A DNA stretch of 64,000 nucleotides from Desulfatiglandales bacterium (lineage in GTDB: Bacteria; Desulfobacterota; DSM-4660; Desulfatiglandales; HGW-15): contig CAXXJJ010000001.1 of assembly GCA_963667015.2 (NCBI GenBank), positions 1,888,001-1,952,000 of the forward strand, written 5' to 3'. Under the pieces are notes generated by a model that was given only the letters and a program-made list of their open reading frames with translations, was not told where the DNA came from and did no database searches. The first letter of the stretch is position 1. Each line of letters begins with the position of its first letter. Position numbers and translations under genes: made by a program. This document shows positions 9,948-21,304 of this stretch, in pieces.

Positions 9948-12515
9948 TTAATCAAAATACCAGATACGTTTAATAGTAAATGCCCATTCCTGTGGACGTC
10001 CTGGCTGACCGTTGACATATCCAGCTGCGGTCATAAGATCGTAAATAGTCAAATAATAATATTTATCGAACAGGTTTGTACCCTCAAGGCTGGCCTGCCA
10101 CTTTAGATCCAGTGAACGCCATGTAATACGTCCGTTGGTAATGCTGTATGACGGGACCTTGCCTGATGTACTGTTGATGGCAGCGGTATATTGATCATCC
10201 TGCCACGAAAAATCAATACGTGGCGTCAAATCTCCATATTTTCCAAGATCAAACCTGTACTGAGCGCCAAGGCTGAACTGATTTTCAGGTGTGAAAGGCG
10301 CTGAACTGTCGATGGAGACTCCTGTTGTCGTATCTATCTTAGTATATTTAAAGTCAAGATAAGAGTATGAAAAATCAACCAAAAGGGACTTTGTCGGACG
10401 CCATGAGCCTTCAAGTTCCAGGCCTTTAACTTCCGCGTCACCGACATTTGCTACACTTGCGCATGGAGTTTGCTGACCTTCCGGAGCCCATGAGCATTCA
10501 CTTACAAGTAACTGGAGGTCCGTATAATCATTGAAAAAGACCGATCCGTTAAGACGCATCTTGCCGAACAGTGTGCTTTTAAAGCCGGCCTCATAGTTAA
10601 TGAGCTCTTCAGGTTCAGTGGCGTGTAGCTGGGTTGGAAAGAATGGGCGTGCATTATTGCCGCCGGCCTTGTAACCGGTAGCGAGCTGGGTGTACACCAT
10701 AATGTTATCATTGATGTCATAATCAAGGGCAATACGATAATCCATACGGTTGCTTGAATAGGAGAGTGACACTCCATCCAATCCAAATACACCGGCATTA
10801 GCCACATTGCCAGCCTCAAAAAAACCAATATCTGTAACGGGGTACAATGCAACAGCAGATCCGTCAGGATTATGACGATGGAATGTGTAGCTCTTTTCAT
10901 CCTTTGAATAGCGAAGGCCAAGTGTCAGGTTCGTCCGGTCGGTCAGGTGCAGGTTCGCCTGGCCATAGGCAGCCTTGCTTTTTGATGGAACTATGTCAGG
11001 GCCATGATAGAAGTCAAGACCCGAATAATTAATATCCACCCGTGCGTCCTCATTTGTCTCCTTATCGAGATAAAATATTCCAACCGTTGCATCGACAAAG
11101 CCGTCAAAGAGCGAGGTATTCAGCCTGATTTCCTGTGTCCACTGATCGTGAATCATCCTCTGAAGTAATTGCTGCAGTGCCAGTGGTGACCCATCATTAT
11201 CATCAGCGAAACTGTTTGTGTACTTACGGTATGATGAAATAGATTTCAGCGCGGTATTATCGGTTATCTTCCAGTTAAAACTGAGAGTATAATCCTTTGA
11301 CTGAAAATGATTGATCGGAGGTAAAGCACTGGGTTTGTATACGCTTATGTCCTGGCCCGGATTACCACCTACGTAATAGGGACTGGGGGTACTCCTGCCA
11401 TCATCGATGTAAGTCGCGTAGTTGATATAGGTACCTCCTGTTACAAAACGGTTATCGTAGGGAATATCGGTCCCCGCATCGTAGGTTCCGTTGCCGTTGT
11501 TATCATAGAAGATAGGCACTAAAGAAACCGAGTTAGGATTAAAGGCAGGGCTCAAAATCGGTGCTCCTCCTTCCGGATTGGAAATCACCGGAACAGATGT
11601 TCCTGAATTATCTACTGCATCTATCAGCACGGTTGGTTGAGATTCCGATTTGTCGTTCACGATATTAACCGAAAAATTTACCTCAAAATTATCGGTTGGT
11701 ATCCAGCGCAGAGCAAAGCGTCCGGCGGTCATGCTCTGACCGCCTTCTTTGGCAAGCTCGCAGTTGTCTCCAAAGGTTGTATAAGAGGGTAAACCACCAG
11801 GGTTACCGGGAGCCGGCAGGTTATGTGCACATGCATAATCCATGCGGGTGACATAGCCATCTCTTGAACGGGATGTCCCTGAGATGCGCATGAAAAGATT
11901 GTCAGTGATTGAGAAATCGCCTGCTCCTCTGATATCAAGCCGGTTAAATTTACCAAATGTTGTCGAAAAGTAGCCTTCATTTTGTCCTTCCGGCTTGCGT
12001 GAGAATAGTTTTATCGCACCACCTATGGCATTGCGCCCGGCCAGTGTCCCCTGGGGACCGCGCAGAACCTCTACTCGTTCAAGATCCAGAAGATCAAGAA
12101 TATTCCCTGTGATTGTCGCATAATAGACATCCTCTACATATATACCGACTCCGGGTTCTACCGATGGATTGAAGTCAGTCTGACCAACGCCTCTTATGAA
12201 AGCGACAAGAGAACTGCCCATTGAAGCGTTATTGGGTTTGAGTGTTACGTTCGGTGCCTGCATGGCTATCTGATCCAGGCTGACCTGGTTTCGCATTTCA
12301 AGCATGTCAGAATTGATTGCAGTTATTGAAAGAGGAGTATCCTGTAAGGCTTTTTCGCGGAACTCGGCTGTAACAACGATTTCCTCAAGAGTGAATTCAT
12401 CGTCGGCAGTATTATTTTCCTGTCCGAATGCCGCGCCAAAGGACAGCAGTAAAGATGATGCCAGTACGAAATTAAGTACACGAGTAACATAAGTAATCCG
12501 GTTTTGTGCTTTCAT
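9948..12515 (-). CDS. TonB-dependent receptor
   Basis: Signal peptide, TonB box LEEIVVTA, plug motif ERVEVLRGPQGTLAG, C-terminal NLFD. Confidence 0.95.
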   Translation of the reverse strand: MKAQNRITYVTRVLNFVLASSLLLSFGAAFGQENNTADDEFTLEEIVVTAEFREKALQDTPLSITAINSDMLEMRNQVSLDQIAMQAPNVTLKPNNASMGSSLVAFIRGVGQTDFNPSVEPGVGIYVEDVYYATITGNILDLLDLERVEVLRGPQGTLAGRNAIGGAIKLFSRKPEGQNEGYFSTTFGKFNRLDIRGAGDFSITDNLFMRISGTSRSRDGYVTRMDYACAHNLPAPGNPGGLPSYTTFGDNCELAKEGGQSMTAGRFALRWIPTDNFEVNFSVNIVNDKSESQPTVLIDAVDNSGTSVPVISNPEGGAPILSPAFNPNSVSLVPIFYDNNGNGTYDAGTDIPYDNRFVTGGTYINYATYIDDGRSTPSPYYVGGNPGQDISVYKPSALPPINHFQSKDYTLSFNWKITDNTALKSISSYRKYTNSFADDNDGSPLALQQLLQRMIHDQWTQEIRLNTSLFDGFVDATVGIFYLDKETNEDARVDINYSGLDFYHGPDIVPSKSKAAYGQANLHLTDRTNLTLGLRYSKDEKSYTFHRHNPDGSAVALYPVTDIGFFEAGNVANAGVFGLDGVSLSYSSNRMDYRIALDYDINDNIMVYTQLATGYKAGGNNARPFFPTQLHATEPEELINYEAGFKSTLFGKMRLNGSVFFNDYTDLQLLVSECSWAPEGQQTPCASVANVGDAEVKGLELEGSWRPTKSLLVDFSYSYLDFKYTKIDTTTGVSIDSSAPFTPENQFSLGAQYRFDLGKYGDLTPRIDFSWQDDQYTAAINSTSGKVPSYSITNGRITWRSLDLKWQASLEGTNLFDKYYYLTIYDLMTAAGYVNGQPGRPQEWAFTIKRIWYFD

Positions 12516-13055
12516 TAAGTCCCCCTTTTAATGAAAAAAGTTAATAAAATACTACCTTGCCGGCTTTTTTACAGTGATGCTCCATGTTCTCCTGTAAAGG
12601 TGTGGAAAGGCATATATTATGTCGCGATGCGACGAAAAACCCGATACCTTTAAGACATAAAAAAATCGATATTTAAAGACAATGAAAGAAAACACAGGAC
12701 GTATAAAACTATAACTGTTGAAACATTTAGCTATACTATGAGACGCCGAAGGAGGAGGAGATTATGTAGTAAGAATTATCAACAGAGCGCATTCACATAT
12801 TTATTTTATAGCACAAAGCCAAAATGAAAATAAAAAAGTGTAACTGCGAAACAGATAAGGCAAATACTTTTTATGCAAAAATTGTTGAAAAAATTGGTTT
12901 ATAAACCGATTTAAAATATTTTTTTACGGCTATAAATTTATGTTTAATGAATAGTTAAAAAGATATTTAAAACAATTTTTTATAGAAAAAAGTAATTTGT
13001 GTGTCAATATAATTTTGTTCTGCTCCTGTTGCGTAGAAGTATTCTTCATGTGTTA

Positions 13056-13701
13056 CTAACTAATAAGCGGAAGGATGAATATGGCTGCATTCCCCAGGAT
13101 ATGAATGACAATAGGGACCATGAGACTCTTCTCAACTTCGTAGGAAACAGCAAATAGTATTCCGCCTGCAGCCTGAGTTACAGGGATACTCCTTATATTA
13201 TTATGAGCAAGAATAAAAATAATGGTGCTGATAGACCAGGGCTGCAGCTATCCCCCATCTTCGAAAAAAGCCGTATAATATCCCCCTGAAAAAAAGCTCT
13301 TCAGCCGCAGGGCTAATAATACAGGCAACAAGTAAAAATAGAAAAAGGTCTCTATTATTTTCAGGCAGTCGAGAATGAATAAGTGTTAGCGGGTTTATTC
13401 CTGTGAAATACAGTATTAGAAAAACAAGACAGGTTGCCATGCCGAAAATAACCGACCAGAGCAGGCCTTTTTTTATGCCTTTGATGATGGTGGAAGGACT
13501 TAATCCTATTGAAAACATTCCTCCTTCCCATACCATCACAACCCATATAATCGCTGCTATTTCAAGAAGGCGTTCAATGCCGACAATCAGAACAGGGCGT
13601 ATATATAGGACTTGATCAAGAAATATCGCGGTGCCTTCAATAATTGCAATAGATGCTATTACGATAAATAAAGTTTTTACTTTGATATTGTCTGTTTCCA
13701 T
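13056..13701 (-). pseudogene. CPBP/CAAX intramembrane metalloprotease, frameshifted near 13234
   Basis: EELFFRG in frame 1; FILAH and PIVIHILGN continue in a shifted frame to TAG at 13056-13058; could be a sequencing error. Confidence 0.75.
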
Positions 13702-15230
13702 CCCAGAGCTCTCAATGCTTTATAGGCATACCATTGTTCATACCAGTGGTCTGATAATTGAATTCTTTCCAGTATCATACTGACTGAACTTTTTGCGCCT
13801 CTCTGTCCCAGAGAATAAAATGCCATACATACCACATTGGGACACTGGTCATTCATTAACTTCAACAGGGTTTTATAGCCTTCAGGGTCACGGCTTCTTC
13901 CCAGAGCCTTTGCCAGCCAGTAGCGAACAGGTATGTATGGACTTGACAACATTTCCTGATAGTCCTCAAACCGGGATATATCCATTTCATTTTCATCTAT
14001 TGTTCTCAAGGCCATAACCCTGTCATACCAGCGGGCGGAGTCCAGGGCTTCAGGTAGATTTAACTCATCTATTCGTTTTCCTGAAATGTTGTAAAGAAAT
14101 ACAGAGAATAAAACTGCAATAGTCAGACATGCATATAATGAAAGACTGCTGGCGTGCCTGTAAGAAAGAAACAGATTAAGAAAAAATCCCAGTATACTGT
14201 AGAAAAAAATAAACAGGGTGAGAGGAAGTCCGGTCAACAGGGATAAAAATATAAAATACCGGAAAAAGCTAAGCCTGTCTGTTTTCATCGAGATTTCACT
14301 TAAGGTTTTTTGGGTATTTTTGAGGAAATCCATGGTCGAGGTTGTCAGGATGATACTTCCTTTACTGCTGAAGATCAGTGAATTATCCTGTTCATCTATA
14401 GCTAAATCAACTTTGGCAGCTTCATTATTTATTTCAATAAAGTCGAAATTAATCAGCCTCTTTTTTATTTGATCTGTAAGGTTTTTATCTCGAACATTAT
14501 CAAACCTGTATGTCTTTAATATTTTCTGATCCAGAGATTTTATGGCCTCTGCCGGATACAGTGTATATTGATAGTAAAAGTCATTAACCTTTTTCCCCGG
14601 GTTATTGGTAAGAAGGAGATAATCCCTCACATCTGTAAATATCCCGCTGTCGATCCGGAGAGCCGATAATGTTACTATCAGCAGGATTGGAAAGATAAAA
14701 AGAATCCTAGGCAGGTAACCGGTATTTTTATATTGAGCAGGAGGCATATATCTTGACGCTGCAATAAATACAATTGATGGTATGAAAAGGAAATATGCAG
14801 TTATTAATGGACTGAAACCATTTTTGTTTGTTAATACCATTAATCCCGTCCAGAGAATTAAAAACGGGATTAATAATTTTATTTCACGTTTAAAAAGACG
14901 ATCCCATGTAAAGGCCGAAGCAAGTCCAAGAAGAGATAGAAGGGCTCCGGCACTCAATGAAAAGAAAAGACCGCCGAAAAAAGCCGGGCTAAATTCCTGA
15001 AGGCTGTTCATTATATTGTGGTTGGGAATGATTAGATAGCCAACATTATTTAAATTCTCAAGGCTGCGGAAAAGTTCGGTGTTTGAGAGGTAGATATGTA
15101 TTGTTGCAATAACCTGGGCCCCAGCAAGCCCAAGGAAAAGCATCCTACCTGAAAAGAAATGCCCGGTAAAAAGAAAACTGAAACCTGTGGATACTGCCGG
15201 TTTATCAGGCTGCTTTAATTTTTCACCCAA
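13677..15230 (-). CDS. multi-TM membrane protein with C-terminal HEAT repeats
   Basis: Many hydrophobic segments; VRYWLAKALG and VVCMAFYSLG HEAT-like repeats. Confidence 0.75.
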   Translation of the reverse strand: MGEKLKQPDKPAVSTGFSFLFTGHFFSGRMLFLGLAGAQVIATIHIYLSNTELFRSLENLNNVGYLIIPNHNIMNSLQEFSPAFFGGLFFSLSAGALLSLLGLASAFTWDRLFKREIKLLIPFLILWTGLMVLTNKNGFSPLITAYFLFIPSIVFIAASRYMPPAQYKNTGYLPRILFIFPILLIVTLSALRIDSGIFTDVRDYLLLTNNPGKKVNDFYYQYTLYPAEAIKSLDQKILKTYRFDNVRDKNLTDQIKKRLINFDFIEINNEAAKVDLAIDEQDNSLIFSSKGSIILTTSTMDFLKNTQKTLSEISMKTDRLSFFRYFIFLSLLTGLPLTLFIFFYSILGFFLNLFLSYRHASSLSLYACLTIAVLFSVFLYNISGKRIDELNLPEALDSARWYDRVMALRTIDENEMDISRFEDYQEMLSSPYIPVRYWLAKALGRSRDPEGYKTLLKLMNDQCPNVVCMAFYSLGQRGAKSSVSMILERIQLSDHWYEQWYAYKALRALGWKQTISK

Positions 15231-15277
15231 TGAACGGTCTCCTTTTCAACAGGGAGTTAGCTTGTTCGGTCAGCTGT

Positions 15278-16597
15278 TTATTTTCTCAAGGTACGCCCAT
15301 GCTGGATGAATCTTGTGCCTTCAGGGTATTTACCCATGTCTCTGTTCAGTGTCACAACCAGGAAAGATGCATTTGAAGGATCTGCATCAAAGCCGAAGTC
15401 CAGGTCGATGGTGACGTGGTTTCCCGAATCAATATCATATCCCTGCCGGTCGGTTACCGAAAGAGCTTTTATATTACGGACAGCTTTATTGGATTTGTTT
15501 ATACCAATTACCTTAAAGGTGCCTCCTGTAAGGTCCTTTTCAGTGATAATTGAATCTTTTCCAAGGTCAACTACCAGCCTGGTAATTGCCATTCCATAAT
15601 CCTTGTGCTTTGATATCCGTGTGAATTTTCCCATTTCTTTACGGATTGATTCTGCATATTCTTCTTCTGCCTCTTTGTTCCATGATATTGCTGCTGTTCC
15701 GAACTTGAATTTGGTATCCATAAAGGGAATCGAAACAGACATTTTCTCGGATTCGGCAATTCCCAGCCCCATTCTTTCTATAAGTGATTCCATATCATAA
15801 ATATACTGCATTGTCAGTTTTTCAAGGTTGCCGCGCTGCCAGCCATGTCCTCCATATATGACAAGTTTAGTCTCGTCAATATCATGCTCCGGACTCTTTA
15901 TATATCTGATCAGTGTATTTATACTTTCAATATATGTATAAAAACTTTCTTTATTAAAGAGCCATACGCCGCTTCCCGAACCGACTGCATCGCCTGTGAA
16001 TACGATATTTTTATTTTCAAGAAAGAAAACCGTGGAGTGAGCCGTGTGCCCCGGTACTTCCAGTGTATCGATCTTCATCCCTCCTCCAAGATCAAATGAG
16101 GCATTTTGAGGGAAAAAGGAAGTTCGTTTTTTGGGAAAGATATCCTTGCCCTTAAACTCGTTTTCCGGAATCCAGAATTTTACTCCTGAATCGTCTTTAA
16201 ACACAGGAAGCATTCCAAGGTGATCACCATGGTTATGGGTAATTGTGATAAAGAGTTCACTGCTGCCAATCAGGTCATCGACTATGGAACGAAGGGATAC
16301 TCCGGTAGTCTTATCCCATTTTACATCATTTGACAGGTCAATCAGAAGTGCCTTTTTAGAGCCCCTTATGAGGTATATATCCGAAGAGTTGTTCATTCGG
16401 ACTATCTGACCGTCGTCACCGGTGACAATGCCTGAAGGATTGCTGTCGTTAGCATCCTCTATATTATAGACGTTTTCTGTAAGTTTTTTTACGGTATATG
16501 GTCCTTTTTGTATTGGCTGTGCAGATAATGAGAGACTGAGTAAAAAGGAAAAAAACAGCATAAAAGAAATTTTTTTTATCATAATTAAACCATCCAT
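15278..16597 (-). CDS. secreted MBL-fold metallo-hydrolase
   Basis: THNHGDH, PGHT, FTGD, GGHG motifs; signal peptide. Confidence 0.85.
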   Translation of the reverse strand: MDGLIMIKKISFMLFFSFLLSLSLSAQPIQKGPYTVKKLTENVYNIEDANDSNPSGIVTGDDGQIVRMNNSSDIYLIRGSKKALLIDLSNDVKWDKTTGVSLRSIVDDLIGSSELFITITHNHGDHLGMLPVFKDDSGVKFWIPENEFKGKDIFPKKRTSFFPQNASFDLGGGMKIDTLEVPGHTAHSTVFFLENKNIVFTGDAVGSGSGVWLFNKESFYTYIESINTLIRYIKSPEHDIDETKLVIYGGHGWQRGNLEKLTMQYIYDMESLIERMGLGIAESEKMSVSIPFMDTKFKFGTAAISWNKEAEEEYAESIRKEMGKFTRISKHKDYGMAITRLVVDLGKDSIITEKDLTGGTFKVIGINKSNKAVRNIKALSVTDRQGYDIDSGNHVTIDLDFGFDADPSNASFLVVTLNRDMGKYPEGTRFIQHGRTLRK

Positions 16598-17099
16598 ATA
16601 TTATTCGGAACCTGAAAACGTTTTTTTCGTCATTGTCTTTGCTCCTTGTATCTTCTTGATAAAAGAAGCTATTTTGTTGTCCAAAGTAATTAAAAATGCA
16701 GAATGTGTCAAGCTAATGAAGGGAATCAGTAAATTTAAACAAAGAAGCCGTTATAAATATGTTTTTTGATGGAATCAGTATTACCAATGCATTTTTTAAA
16801 CAACCTCAGCGTGATTGAAGATGTTTTATCTGCACCTTTGGTATAGATATTGCATTTTAAGTGCAGTGATTTGATTATATTACCTGTTTCAATAAAAAAT
16901 AAATTCTTTGGATTCTGTTTTATTTCGCTTTTATAGGAGCCTGAATCAGGAGTGCATTTTCTATTTAATGATGAGATGAAATGATCTTCAGACTTGCTTT
17001 TGAGAGGCGAGCCGCTGATTTCGACTTGATTACAACTTGAATGATAATTAACCGTGAATTGCCGTGATTTACTAATGAGAACCTTTAAAAGAGGAGTGA

Positions 17100-17504
17100 G
17101 TGATGGGTGAAACAGAGTTGATAAATAACGAAAATATGTCTTTATGGTATGATTCTGTGTCAAAATTTGTACACCATAAGATAAAGAAGAGCCTTCCCAA
17201 GGGTGCATTTGAGGAACTGCTGTCCATGGGAGCTGATTATCTGGAAAAACACGGGATGAAGAAATGGCTTTCAGATGACTCCAATGTCGTAGCAATCACC
17301 AAGGAAGACAGTGAATGGGGTGATAAGGTATGGGCTCCCAGAGTTATTAAAGCGGGTTTTAAATACTGGGCAGTTGTAATGCCGACAAGTGCCATGGGGA
17401 GTCTTCAGATAAACCGGTTTGTCAAGGAGTATCGTGACAAAGGTGTAACGGTTGAGGTTTTTGATTCTGTTGATGCAGCGAAGACCTGGCTTGGAAAAAA
17501 TTAA
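17100..17504 (+). CDS. STAS/SEC14 (SpoIIAA-like) domain protein
   Basis: KWLSDD...W..KVWAPR..AG.KYWAVV...FDSVDAAKTWL pattern. Confidence 0.7.
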   Translation: MMGETELINNENMSLWYDSVSKFVHHKIKKSLPKGAFEELLSMGADYLEKHGMKKWLSDDSNVVAITKEDSEWGDKVWAPRVIKAGFKYWAVVMPTSAMGSLQINRFVKEYRDKGVTVEVFDSVDAAKTWLGKN

Positions 17505-17596
17505 CATACGAATTTATTACCGAATATTTTTAAAGATCCGGGAAACTGCAGAGGCAAGGCATGCCTTGTCTCTGCAGTGATTGTTCGATAGTTTTT

Positions 17597-18400
17597 CTAC
17601 TGCCGCGCTGTTTTTCCTCCGTCCTGGCAGATGATCTGTCCTGTAATATAGCTGGATGCATCGGACGCCAGCAACAGAATAAGTCCTGAAAGCTCTTCCG
17701 CTTCACCCAGGCGTCCCATTGGGATCCATTCTGCACAGTATTCATCAAGAAACTTATCCATTTCTTTATTCTGCTCTTCGGTATTGCCGGCCCTGCCGAT
17801 CTCCGATCGGTGCATGCCAGGAGCAATTGCATTTATCCTGATATTATCTTTTGCATAATGCATCGCAGTAACCTGGGTAAGGTTGTTTATTGCCGCCTTG
17901 GAGGCGCCATATGATGCGCTTCCGATTTCAGGCACTTCGGCCCTTATGCCTGCAACAGAAGAGATATTTATTATTGATCCCTTTTTATTCTCCAGCATGT
18001 GTGGAATTGTATGTTTCATGCAAAGAAAGGGACCTCTCAGGTTTACGCTTATATTGAAATCCCATTCATCTGTATTGATTTCATGTATCTTGCCAAACCC
18101 TGCGGCAGTACCTGCATTGTTGACCAGAATGTCAATCCTGCCGAATTCCTTCACTGTATCTTCAACCATTTTTTTGATATCTTCTTCTGATGACATATCA
18201 GCTTTTACCGGAAATGCCTTGCGTCCCTGGGCTTTGACCTGCTCAAGGGTAACTTCGCATGCCTTCATATCACGCCCTACACAGGCTACATCAGCTCCAT
18301 ATTCCGCCAATACTGTTGCTATTGCCCTGCCAAGTCCCCTGCTGGCCCCTGTGACAAGGGCAACTTTACCGCTTAAGTCAAATATTCCTTTATCTGTCAT
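17597..18400 (-). CDS. SDR family oxidoreductase
   Basis: TGASRGLG, NNAG, YGASK. Confidence 0.95.
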   Translation of the reverse strand: MTDKGIFDLSGKVALVTGASRGLGRAIATVLAEYGADVACVGRDMKACEVTLEQVKAQGRKAFPVKADMSSEEDIKKMVEDTVKEFGRIDILVNNAGTAAGFGKIHEINTDEWDFNISVNLRGPFLCMKHTIPHMLENKKGSIINISSVAGIRAEVPEIGSASYGASKAAINNLTQVTAMHYAKDNIRINAIAPGMHRSEIGRAGNTEEQNKEMDKFLDEYCAEWIPMGRLGEAEELSGLILLLASDASSYITGQIICQDGGKTARQ

Positions 18401-18613
18401 TTAAAATCTCCTTAGGGTTAATCAAGATAAATAAAAATAGGTCAAGATAATTGAAATTGGCTGATATAATGACCTGTTCAGTTATAATTGTTATAACTTA
18501 TCATGTAAAATAAAAAAGCATATTATTTGGGCAATAAGTCTTTGTCAAGTGAGGTGCAGGTTTGGTTATAGAGTAACCTGATGCAGGGAATAATCAGGAA
18601 TTTATTTTCTGAG

Positions 18614-18780
18614 TTAATTAGTGTCCATCCAGAAATAACAAAAATCCGGATGGAGCTTTCAGCATTCAGCTATCAGCCGTCAGCTAAAGCTCTGCTTTAA
18701 AAGCATTTAGCCAAAAGCTGAACGCTGACAGCTGACCGCGGCTATTCAAAAACGACAGTTTTTGGATGGGCACTAATTAA
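18614..18780. mobile_element. MITE/REP-like element
   Basis: Terminal IR TTAATTAGTGTCCATCCAGAAA/TTTTTGGATGGGCACTAATTAA with internal TCAGC/GCTGA repeats; collapsed copy at about 5957-5995. Confidence 0.7.
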
Positions 18781-18866
18781 AAGAGATGCATAGTAAAATG
18801 AAACATGTTAAAAAAAACACAAAGTCGGTCATGGATTAATTTTGTAATACATAAAGGAGTGTTGCT

Positions 18867-19535
18867 GTGGTTGCTGATCTTACTGAAGGAATAAAATTAT
18901 TAAAAATATCGGATTCCTGTATTCGACGGATTTCAATATATTTCAGGGCATTAAACCTGCTTGAAAAAAAAGGCATAAGATATATTACTTCCATGGAATT
19001 AGCTGAAATTGACGGGCGTTACCCTGCACAGGTCAGGAAAGATTTATCCTATTTCGGATGTTTTGGAGTAAGAGGTATCGGATATGAGGTGAGCAGGCTT
19101 AAAAACGAACTGGGCAAGGTCCTGGGGCTGAACAGAGGATGGGGGCTGGTAGTAATCGGGAGTGCCCAGTACAGTGATGTCCTGATGAAGTCTATTGCCT
19201 TGAAAAACAACAATTTTAATATCAATAAGATATATGACAAAGATCCGGAAGTATACAAGGGCATATCCGATGGGGTGAGTGTTTTTAATATTGAACGTCT
19301 CGAGGAAACCCTTGATCCGAATCTGGATAATATAGCAATAATAGCCCTTCCGCCCGCAGAGGTTCAGGGTGTTATCGACAGGCTTAACCTCATTGGGGTG
19401 AGGGCCGCCCTTTATCTTGCGTCAAGACCTGTGAAGGTTCCGGATAATATGGTTGTAGTGAACCAGGATATCTCGATTGAACTGGGTATGCTGACATATC
19501 GTCTTAATGAAAGGATAGGGGCCGGGCTTAATTGA
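18867..19535 (+). CDS. rex: redox-sensing transcriptional repressor Rex
   Basis: AQVRKDLSYFGCFGVRGIGY signature. Confidence 0.9.
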   Translation: MVADLTEGIKLLKISDSCIRRISIYFRALNLLEKKGIRYITSMELAEIDGRYPAQVRKDLSYFGCFGVRGIGYEVSRLKNELGKVLGLNRGWGLVVIGSAQYSDVLMKSIALKNNNFNINKIYDKDPEVYKGISDGVSVFNIERLEETLDPNLDNIAIIALPPAEVQGVIDRLNLIGVRAALYLASRPVKVPDNMVVVNQDISIELGMLTYRLNERIGAGLN

Positions 19536-20442
19536 TTTGATGCTCTCCTTCCGGGTTCATACGCTGGTACTGCCAGACCTGGTAGCCGTTAAATGTTGCC
19601 TGCCACAGAATATAGGCCGTTGGAGCTATGGACGCCAGCGGCTGCAGGTATGACTGTGCAATCCAGATGGCGAGTACTGTATTTTTGTGACCGAGTGCCT
19701 GTCCTCCTGTTATCCTTTCACCGAATCTCTTTCCTATTACACGGCCAAGCCAGTATTGAAATATGCAGGCAATTAATGATCCTGCGGCAATGGATAGAAC
19801 CTGCGGGAGTTTATCTTCTCCATAGGCCAGGAAAAATTTGACCGAGCGTGCTATCACAACGGCAAAGGAGACAAACCATACATAAAAGGATATGATCTGG
19901 TGCCTTCTGATAGTGTTATAGACGCGAGGTAGAAATCTGGAGAGCATTATTGCTCCGATCAGCGGTGCTATCAGCATCAGGAACAGCTGCTTGAGTATAA
20001 ACAGGAACGACTGAAGATAGGGCAGGTCAGCGCTTATGCCCAGGGAAGGCAGCAGAAGGGGTAAAAGTGATGCCGTAACCAGGTTACCAAGAAGTGTGTA
20101 AAGGGTAAGCGTTGCAATGTTCCCTCCTATCATCGCTGCCACCACAGTCGATGAAATCGCTGTGGGGGCCAATATACAGATCAGCATTGCCTCGGCCGTG
20201 AGAGAACTGTAATGGTTTATAATAAAATAGGCCGACAGCCCGAGTGCAATCTGTGTTGATATCAATACAAGGTGCATTCGATGAAATTTGACCTCGCGAA
20301 GGGACAGGCTGCAATAGGTGACAAATATCATCAAAAACAGCATTGTGGGGATCAGGAATGACAGGTGGTCAAGGATTCTGTAACAAACTACTCCCAGAAT
20401 AATAGCAATAGGCGAGGCCCATTTTTTAAAAAGATACAGCAT
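19528..20442 (-). CDS. bile acid:sodium symporter-family transporter
   Basis: Multi-TM; APTAISSTVV and GQALGHKNT motifs. Confidence 0.75.
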   Translation of the reverse strand: MLYLFKKWASPIAIILGVVCYRILDHLSFLIPTMLFLMIFVTYCSLSLREVKFHRMHLVLISTQIALGLSAYFIINHYSSLTAEAMLICILAPTAISSTVVAAMIGGNIATLTLYTLLGNLVTASLLPLLLPSLGISADLPYLQSFLFILKQLFLMLIAPLIGAIMLSRFLPRVYNTIRRHQIISFYVWFVSFAVVIARSVKFFLAYGEDKLPQVLSIAAGSLIACIFQYWLGRVIGKRFGERITGGQALGHKNTVLAIWIAQSYLQPLASIAPTAYILWQATFNGYQVWQYQRMNPEGEHQIN

Positions 20443-20444
20443 AA

Positions 20445-20990
20445 TTACTTCTCAGGTTTTCTGCCTTTCTTTACCTCGTGATAATAGTTAAGCGCCCAGC
20501 GGTAAACAGGATCATCCTTATCGACCAGTTCCATTGCCATGTCAAGGTTCCTTAACGCCAGTTCTTTATTGTCATAGCCTTCCCATACTATCTGGGCCTT
20601 AAGGAGTGTTGCCTCGGGAAAGTCGGGATGTTTTTCCAGTATTTCATTAACTGTCAGGAGAGCCTCCCTGAACTGTTTTTTCCCTTTGCTTAACCTGGCC
20701 CTGGACAGATCGGCTGAATATTGTTCGCTTAGATTCGTCCTTCCGGATGTCCAGCCCAATAATAGATTGCCCAGGCCGGAACCGAGTTTTTCAACAGCAA
20801 AGGCATAAAAAACTGACAATGGTATTGCACATAAAATAAAGATTGACAGGTGTTTACCGGTGAATATTGCGCCGCTAGTCGATATATATATTATGTATAA
20901 AGAAAGAGATACACATGAAAAACAGAATATAACCCGCTTAATAAATCCCCGGTCTACCTCTTTGTTTAGCCTGGTTTTAAATTTATCCAT
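20445..20990 (-). CDS. membrane protein with TPR-like C-terminus
   Basis: Two TM helices, then EALLTVNEILEKHPDFPEA. Confidence 0.65.
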   Translation of the reverse strand: MDKFKTRLNKEVDRGFIKRVIFCFSCVSLSLYIIYISTSGAIFTGKHLSIFILCAIPLSVFYAFAVEKLGSGLGNLLLGWTSGRTNLSEQYSADLSRARLSKGKKQFREALLTVNEILEKHPDFPEATLLKAQIVWEGYDNKELALRNLDMAMELVDKDDPVYRWALNYYHEVKKGRKPEK

Positions 20991-21009
20991 TTTATAACCA
21001 GTCAGTACC

Positions 21010-21240
21010 CTAAGTGATATTAATGGCAGAAACAGCTTTTAAGGGACAGGCATCTATACAGTCCCAGCATCCCATACACATGTCCTGGAATATCATTGGT
21101 TCTTCAAAAATACCGTCTATCTGTTTTATTACCTTGTGTGTGCATGCCTGGGCTGCAAGACATATACCCTTGTCAGGATTGCATGTCTTAGGGCTGCAAA
21201 TAGTATAGTCGACTTTTGCAAATGTTTTTTTCGGTTGCAT
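21010..21240 (-). CDS. 4Fe-4S ferredoxin-like protein
   Basis: CMGCWDCIDACP. Confidence 0.85.
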   Translation of the reverse strand: MQPKKTFAKVDYTICSPKTCNPDKGICLAAQACTHKVIKQIDGIFEEPMIFQDMCMGCWDCIDACPLKAVSAINIT

Positions 21241-21304
21241 AGAATAAATAAAGGTTTAAAGTTTACGGTTTAGGGTTCAAGGTTTTATAGAACCTTAAAG
21301 CCTG

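Noticed and set aside
12516..13055. Cobalamin or other riboswitch upstream of the TonB receptor
   Set aside because: No B12-box or other aptamer motif recognised; the region is simply AT-rich.
16735..17295. 186-aa minus-strand ORF and other antisense ORFs over real genes
   Set aside because: No recognisable motifs, and they overlap better-supported genes on the opposite strand.
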